A DNA stretch of 46,694 bases. Origin: Patescibacteria group bacterium. GTDB taxonomy: Bacteria; Patescibacteriota; Dojkabacteria; SC72. A program made the position numbers and the translations under genes. The notes beneath the pieces were generated by a model. The model did not search any database, was not told where the DNA came from, and saw nothing but the letters and a program-made list of their open reading frames with translations. The stretch covers positions 1-46,694 of the forward strand of contig JAHISI010000016.1 in NCBI GenBank assembly GCA_018818345.1. Reading direction: 5' to 3'. Below, one piece after another: positions 42,375-46,694 of this stretch (within the stretch, counting starts at the first letter, position 1; every line of letters starts with the position of its first letter).

Positions 42375-43091
42375 ATGGGAGTATCCATAGATGATATTAA
42401 GACATTAAGAGCTAAAACATCCGCTGGCATGGCACTCTGTAAAGAAGCTTTAACTGCTTCTGATGGAGATATGGCCAAAGCGACTGAATATATCAATGAA
42501 AGAAGTGACGTTATTGGAAGATTGAGAAATCTAACAGGTGCAAAGATTGGTCTTTGTAAGATTGCTTTTGACGAAACAGGTAAAGACTTTGAAAAAGCAG
42601 TAGCTCTCATAAGTGAGAGAGGCTGGAATGAGCCTACCGCTGACGAAACAATCGAAAAGGGAGAAGGTGTCGTTGAAACATATTTACATGGTACAGATCA
42701 TAAGCTAGCTTCACTAGTTGAAGTAAAGTGTAAGACAGATTTTGTTGCTCAGAATGATGAATTTAGAGCATTTGCTCATGAAGTTGCTCTACAGGTTGCA
42801 GCCATGAAGCCTCTCTACGTTTCTAAAGATAGTGTAAGTGTAGAGGATGTTGAAAGAATGAAAGTTATCTTTACCAAAGAAGCAGAGAGCGAAGGCAAAC
42901 CTGCCAACATTATGGAAAAGATAATTGAAGGTAAATTTTCTAAATACTACGCAGAGAAATGTTTACTAGAACAGAAATGGTTTAAAGACGAATCTAAGAC
43001 AATGGCAAATCTCTTAGATGAAGTAACTCAGAAAATGGGAGAACCTATACAGATTACTAGAATACTTTTCTGGGAATTTGGAACTAAATAG
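42375..43091 (+). CDS. tsf: Elongation factor Ts (short form) with duplicated N-terminal domain
   Basis: 238 aa. The N-terminal EF-Ts signature LRAKTSAGMALCKEAL is followed by a second copy, LRNLTGAKIGLCKIAF. The core motif is VEVKCKTDFVAQNDEF. Position is after rpsB. Confidence 0.9.
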   Translation: MGVSIDDIKTLRAKTSAGMALCKEALTASDGDMAKATEYINERSDVIGRLRNLTGAKIGLCKIAFDETGKDFEKAVALISERGWNEPTADETIEKGEGVVETYLHGTDHKLASLVEVKCKTDFVAQNDEFRAFAHEVALQVAAMKPLYVSKDSVSVEDVERMKVIFTKEAESEGKPANIMEKIIEGKFSKYYAEKCLLEQKWFKDESKTMANLLDEVTQKMGEPIQITRILFWEFGTK

Positions 43092-43114
43092 TTCATTGTA
43101 TTTTGTATGAAGAA

Positions 43115-43140
43115 GGGGGAGTTAAAAACTCCCCCTTTTT
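43115..43140 (+). terminator. Intrinsic terminator after tsf
   Basis: GGGGGAGTT-AAA-AACTCCCCC (9-bp stem) followed by TTTTT. Confidence 0.8.
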
Positions 43141-43179
43141 GTTGTACAATATTGGGATAATATTAGGGATATTAACAAA

Positions 43180-43725
43180 ATGGACATAGATGTATTTAAA
43201 GCAGATATTCAAAAATGTATAGATCATATACATGAGGATTTAACACAGATCAGAACAGGAAGAGCAACTCCAGAGTTGGTAGAAGAAGTTATGGTCAATG
43301 CATATGAGACAATGGCTCCAATTAAAAACTATGCTTCAATCTCCGCAGTAGATGCCAAAACACTCTCCATCCAACCATGGGACAAGAGTATATTGGAAAA
43401 TATTTCTAAGGCAATCAATGTTGCTAACATGGGACTTTCTCCAATGATTGAAGGGGATAGGGTATTGGTAAAAATTCCTGACCTTACAGAAGAGAGAAGA
43501 AAAGAATATGTAAAGTTGATGAAAGACAGAGTAGAGGATGGAAGAATTGCGGTAAGGCAAGTAAGGCAGAAATATATGCAAGAGATAGATGAACTTCAGA
43601 AGAATGGCCTTTCAGAGGATGAAGCAGACAGAACCCGAGTTGAGATTGAAAAGGTTGTTAAAGAAACTAATCAACAGATTGAAGAAATTAGAGAAGAGAA
43701 AGAAAAGGATCTTTTAACTATATAA
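43180..43725 (+). CDS. frr: Ribosome recycling factor
   Basis: 181 aa with ..L..IRTGRATPELVE.V.V.AYE....I...A.I...D..TL.I.PWDK and a C-terminal charged helix. Confidence 0.95.
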   Translation: MDIDVFKADIQKCIDHIHEDLTQIRTGRATPELVEEVMVNAYETMAPIKNYASISAVDAKTLSIQPWDKSILENISKAINVANMGLSPMIEGDRVLVKIPDLTEERRKEYVKLMKDRVEDGRIAVRQVRQKYMQEIDELQKNGLSEDEADRTRVEIEKVVKETNQQIEEIREEKEKDLLTI

Positions 43726-43741
43726 TTTTGTCTTGACTTAC

Positions 43742-45145
43742 ATGCTGTCCATACTAGTAAATATACTCTTGTTCATATTGGTTATCGGTGTTTTAACATT
43801 CATTCATGAATTAGGACACTTTCTCTCCGCTAAGCTTATTAAAGCTACAGTATTAGAATTCTCATTAGGTTTTGGTCCTAAGTTACTATCAAAGAAATTC
43901 AAAGGTACGGAATACAATATTAGGCTTCTACCATTAGGTGGTTTTGTGAAGATATTGGGAGATGGTGATCCTGAGAAAAAAGAGGTAAAAGAAAAAGCAA
44001 AGAATGATGATGGGAATCTACATAACAAGCCTAGATTAGCTCAAATCTTCGTAATGCTTGCAGGAGTAACCATGAATATTCTCTTCGCCATTACAATGTA
44101 TTTCATAGTTATCTCTAATTCTGTAGTTGGTAATTCTGGATGGAGCACGGTATTAGATTGGTCTTATCAGGATTTTAAACCAATTGGTGCAAGTATTACC
44201 AAAGAAGTAATAGGAGATGTGAAGTATGTAGAACTTGAAGCAGATGGGAGTGCAGTCAAAGCCAATCTCCCTCCGTCAGGCACTATTAAAACCATTGATG
44301 GCAAAGAGATAGAATATGCGTATGAAGTAAGGGAATCATTAAAAGTGGATGCTAGTGGTCAAACAACTATGGAGATTTGCAATGATGATAGTTGTAAGCT
44401 TTACACAGTAAATGTGTCAGATGCAGGTACTATAGGTATAATGCTCCCCACAAATTATTATGTTGTTGCTTCTAACGATGGGAATGCTTTTAAAACCCAA
44501 GTACCTTTCTCAGGAGAGATCAAAGCTATAGATGGAGAAGAAGTTAAATATGCTTCTGATATATTAAATCTTTTAGAAAAAGATAAAAATGGAAAGGCGA
44601 CTTTAGATATTTGTACGGAAACCAATACCTGCGGTACTTACACAGTAGATGTTAAGAGTGATGGAACAATAGGGGTGATACTGTCCACAAATTATTATGT
44701 AGAGTTATCTTACGAAAACAATAAAGTGTTTGCAGGATTTTCTCATTTGATTAATACTGTTAGGTTGATTGGTATAAAGTTTGGAAGTATGTTTGGTGAG
44801 GCTAAAACAACAGGAGATTATTCGGAGATTTCTAATTCAGTATCTGGTCCTGTTGGAATATATTTCTTAATTGACTATTTTAAGAACTTAGGATTTGTTA
44901 CATTCCTGAGTGTAATGGGAGACCTTTCGCTTTCCTTGGCTATTATGAACCTTCTCCCTATACCTGCTTTAGATGGAGGTAGGGTGGGGATATTGCTAAT
45001 CGAGAGTATATTGAGGAAAGAGCTTAATGAAAAGGTAAAGACACTTATAATAAATGGGAGTTTCATTTTATTAATGATTCTTGTTATATTTATTATGGTA
45101 AAGGATGTCCTAAATATACAAAATATTAAGGATATGTTTAGATAA
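43742..45145 (+). CDS. rseP: RseP-type site-2 protease (M50) with two PDZ-like repeats
   Basis: HELGHF (HExxH) in TM1 and NLLPIPALDGGR near the C-terminus. Two similar modules of about 65 aa lie between them (..G.IK.IDG.E..YA......L....G..T..IC....C..YTV.V...GTIG..L.TNYYV). The ATG at 43742 is preferred over the TTG at 43733. Confidence 0.85.
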   Translation: MLSILVNILLFILVIGVLTFIHELGHFLSAKLIKATVLEFSLGFGPKLLSKKFKGTEYNIRLLPLGGFVKILGDGDPEKKEVKEKAKNDDGNLHNKPRLAQIFVMLAGVTMNILFAITMYFIVISNSVVGNSGWSTVLDWSYQDFKPIGASITKEVIGDVKYVELEADGSAVKANLPPSGTIKTIDGKEIEYAYEVRESLKVDASGQTTMEICNDDSCKLYTVNVSDAGTIGIMLPTNYYVVASNDGNAFKTQVPFSGEIKAIDGEEVKYASDILNLLEKDKNGKATLDICTETNTCGTYTVDVKSDGTIGVILSTNYYVELSYENNKVFAGFSHLINTVRLIGIKFGSMFGEAKTTGDYSEISNSVSGPVGIYFLIDYFKNLGFVTFLSVMGDLSLSLAIMNLLPIPALDGGRVGILLIESILRKELNEKVKTLIINGSFILLMILVIFIMVKDVLNIQNIKDMFR

Positions 45146-45156
45146 CTGCTGTATAA

Positions 45157-46206
45157 ATGAGAATAAATCTGTCCAAGAAAAATAAGATAATAGTAATAAT
45201 CCTTTTGGTATTAGTATTGGGTGGAACTGGGGGCTATCTTCTTTGGAGGGTTAATCAAAAGGAGACATTAAGAGAAACTTTCACTGAAGCAGGTTGTACA
45301 TACACAAAAGTTGCTGGATCTGATAGGGATACTGGATGTGCTCATTCAACAGCAACGGGTATGGCGTGTAATTGCGGAGAAAATGAACGTGGATACGAAA
45401 AAAACGGTAATCTTTGGTGTGCACAATATACTTCAACATGTACTTCAGACTGTGGAGATGGTACTTGCTCAAGCGATGAAACCGTAACCTCATGTCCTAA
45501 AGATTGTGCGAAATGTGGAGATGATATCTGTAGTAGTACCGAATCCCTCGAACTATGCCCAGAAGATTGTTCTGTATGTGGGGACAACAAATGTACTGGA
45601 ACAGAAACAGCTACTACTTGTGACTCTGATTGTGCTTGTAAAGCATTAGTATGGAGTAGTAAACCAAGTGGTGAATACAAACCCGATGATGTAACTACAG
45701 CAACCTCTTCAATTGTAATTACCAATCCGAATAGCACAAGTGATGCTTTAACTGGTATCACAATGCAATTCAATGGAACTCCTCTTGCACAATGTAGTAG
45801 CTCAGCAACAGGAAATTGTTTTAATGTTGGAACAGATACTGCAGGAAAACAAAAAATTACACTTAATTTGTTTGATGAAGGTCAAACTGTAACAGATGGT
45901 ACATATGATCTATCCATTTCACTTCCTGGTCCTGCGACCTCATGTGTTGAAACGGCTACTTTTACAGTGGCTGAAGATGCTGTTGTAGTAGTAGATGAAG
46001 TCCCTGATACAGGTCTCTTTGATGGTGTTATGAGTAAGATATATCTTGGCTCTGGTTTCGTATTCTTAGGTTTAATGACAACACAACTCTCAAAGTTTGG
46101 ATATATGTTCAATATCATTGGTGAGAGAAATAGGGTAGTATTAGAGGAGAAGAAAAGGAAAAGGGAAGAGGATAAAAGAAATAGGTTTGAAAGAAGGTTT
46201 AAATAA
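45157..46206 (+). CDS. Cys-rich surface protein with N-terminal TM/signal anchor and C-terminal sortase-signal-like VPDTG + TM + basic tail
   Basis: 349 aa with the N-terminal helix IIVIILLVLVLGGTGGYLLW and three tandem 21-aa Cys motifs. VPDTG (46000-46014) is followed by a hydrophobic stretch and a KKRKREEDKRNRFERRFK tail. Confidence 0.6.
   Translation: MRINLSKKNKIIVIILLVLVLGGTGGYLLWRVNQKETLRETFTEAGCTYTKVAGSDRDTGCAHSTATGMACNCGENERGYEKNGNLWCAQYTSTCTSDCGDGTCSSDETVTSCPKDCAKCGDDICSSTESLELCPEDCSVCGDNKCTGTETATTCDSDCACKALVWSSKPSGEYKPDDVTTATSSIVITNPNSTSDALTGITMQFNGTPLAQCSSSATGNCFNVGTDTAGKQKITLNLFDEGQTVTDGTYDLSISLPGPATSCVETATFTVAEDAVVVVDEVPDTGLFDGVMSKIYLGSGFVFLGLMTTQLSKFGYMFNIIGERNRVVLEEKKRKREEDKRNRFERRFK
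45451..45639 (+). repeat. Three tandem 63-nt coding repeats (CGDxxC-x8-C-x3-C modules)
   Basis: The modules are CGDGTCSSDETVTSCPKDCAK, CGDDICSSTESLELCPEDCSV and CGDNKCTGTETATTCDSDCAC. They were read directly from the translation. Confidence 0.85.
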
Positions 46207-46694
46207 TGAGTGTAAAAATTCGTTTAACAAAGAGAGCGAAAATAATAATTCTGGCATCATTGGTGCTGTTATTAGCTGGTGCAGGAGGATATTTACTTTG
46301 GAGGGTTAACAATTCTGAAACCATAAGCCCTGATGTAAGTGAAGCAACAGGAGGAATAGGAGCATGCTGTGGACCTGCGGGATGTGTTGCTGGATGGAAA
46401 TGTGATACTAGCCAATCATGCTCAGAAACTAAGACCGTTACTTGTAGCTATGCGGGACAACCAGTGAGTTGTGGTACATATAAGGGTGTAGCAGGTTCAC
46501 CTAGTAGTCCATGTCTGTATCCTGGACAGTCAATATCATGCTCATATAGTATTGGTGGAAAATGTGTAAAAGAAACATCTCCTAATCCTGAACAGCCAAC
46601 AAATAATGGAGTTTGTGATATTAGAAAATGTGAATGGCCTGAAACCCTTATGAGTAGCAACAACTGTGCTTGTGAGACCTGTAAAGGAATAAAT
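46206..46694 (+). CDS. Paralogous Cys-rich secreted/anchored protein (3' end outside window)
   Basis: Not in the ORF track because it is open to the window end. The ATG overlaps the upstream TAA (TAATG). The N-terminus KIIILASLVLLLAGAGGYLLWRVN closely mirrors the upstream protein (KIIVIILLVLVLGGTGGYLLWRVN), and the mature part is Cys-rich. Confidence 0.55.
   Translation, partial: MSVKIRLTKRAKIIILASLVLLLAGAGGYLLWRVNNSETISPDVSEATGGIGACCGPAGCVAGWKCDTSQSCSETKTVTCSYAGQPVSCGTYKGVAGSPSSPCLYPGQSISCSYSIGGKCVKETSPNPEQPTNNGVCDIRKCEWPETLMSSNNCACETCKGIN

Noticed and set aside
1-46694. CRISPR arrays, transposases, integrases, prophage genes or rRNA genes.
   Set aside because: I found no regularly spaced direct repeats and no recognisable transposase, integrase or phage structural motifs in any long ORF. 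There are no rRNA-like conserved stretches.
1-46694. Alternative genetic code (UGA recoding, as in Gracilibacteria/SR1).
   Set aside because: All conserved genes are full-length and uninterrupted under the standard bacterial code, so recoding is unnecessary.

Overview
This is an AT-rich, gene-dense bacterial window that reads cleanly under the standard code. Its content fits a small-genome Patescibacteria/CPR-like organism, a lineage call that is inference only. Supporting points: a form III-like RuBisCO with no Calvin-cycle neighbours, an archaeal-type ProRS, a minimal DprA, rpsB-tsf-frr-rseP without pyrH/uppS/cdsA, and sortase-signal-like Cys-rich surface proteins. Most of the window is housekeeping: argS, rlmN, proS, uvrA, trpS, the rpmG-(tRNA-Trp)-secE-nusG-rplK-rplA and rplJ-rplL blocks, rpmB, mreBCD-mrdA, dprA-topA, radC and rpsB-tsf-frr-rseP. 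I hand-folded seven tRNAs. The stand-out region is about 11.9-23.7 kb. A tightly coupled minus-strand operon (17933-23691) encodes a stand-alone 7TM protein and four different ATP-grasp amidoligases. One ligase is fused to a DTGA retropepsin-like domain, and two are cyanophycin-synthetase-like, one of them with a degenerate, truncated Mur-ligase remnant. This operon converges on a plus-strand unit encoding a second MreB paralogue, a DUF1704/MATCAP-like metallocarboxypeptidase, a methyltransferase-like protein and an orphan multi-TM histidine kinase. It also sits exactly where rpoBC normally follows rplL. I read this as a candidate, uncharacterised amino-acid tailing or polymer system, either reversible C-terminal protein tailing or an all-ATP-grasp cyanophycin-like polymer. 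Other oddities are listed here.
- Two orphan genes with their own promoter, SD and terminator signals are inserted between rplA and rplJ.
- A ribosomal protein S2 carries a C-terminal RpoA-alphaCTD-like helix-hairpin-helix domain.
- EF-Ts has a tandemly duplicated N-terminal domain.
- A 12-codon mini-ORF lies next to a roughly 140-nt structured element.
- Two tRNAs have a C at T-loop position 55.
- Two tandem paralogous Cys-rich surface proteins end the window.
All family assignments come from motif recognition by eye and need profile searches.
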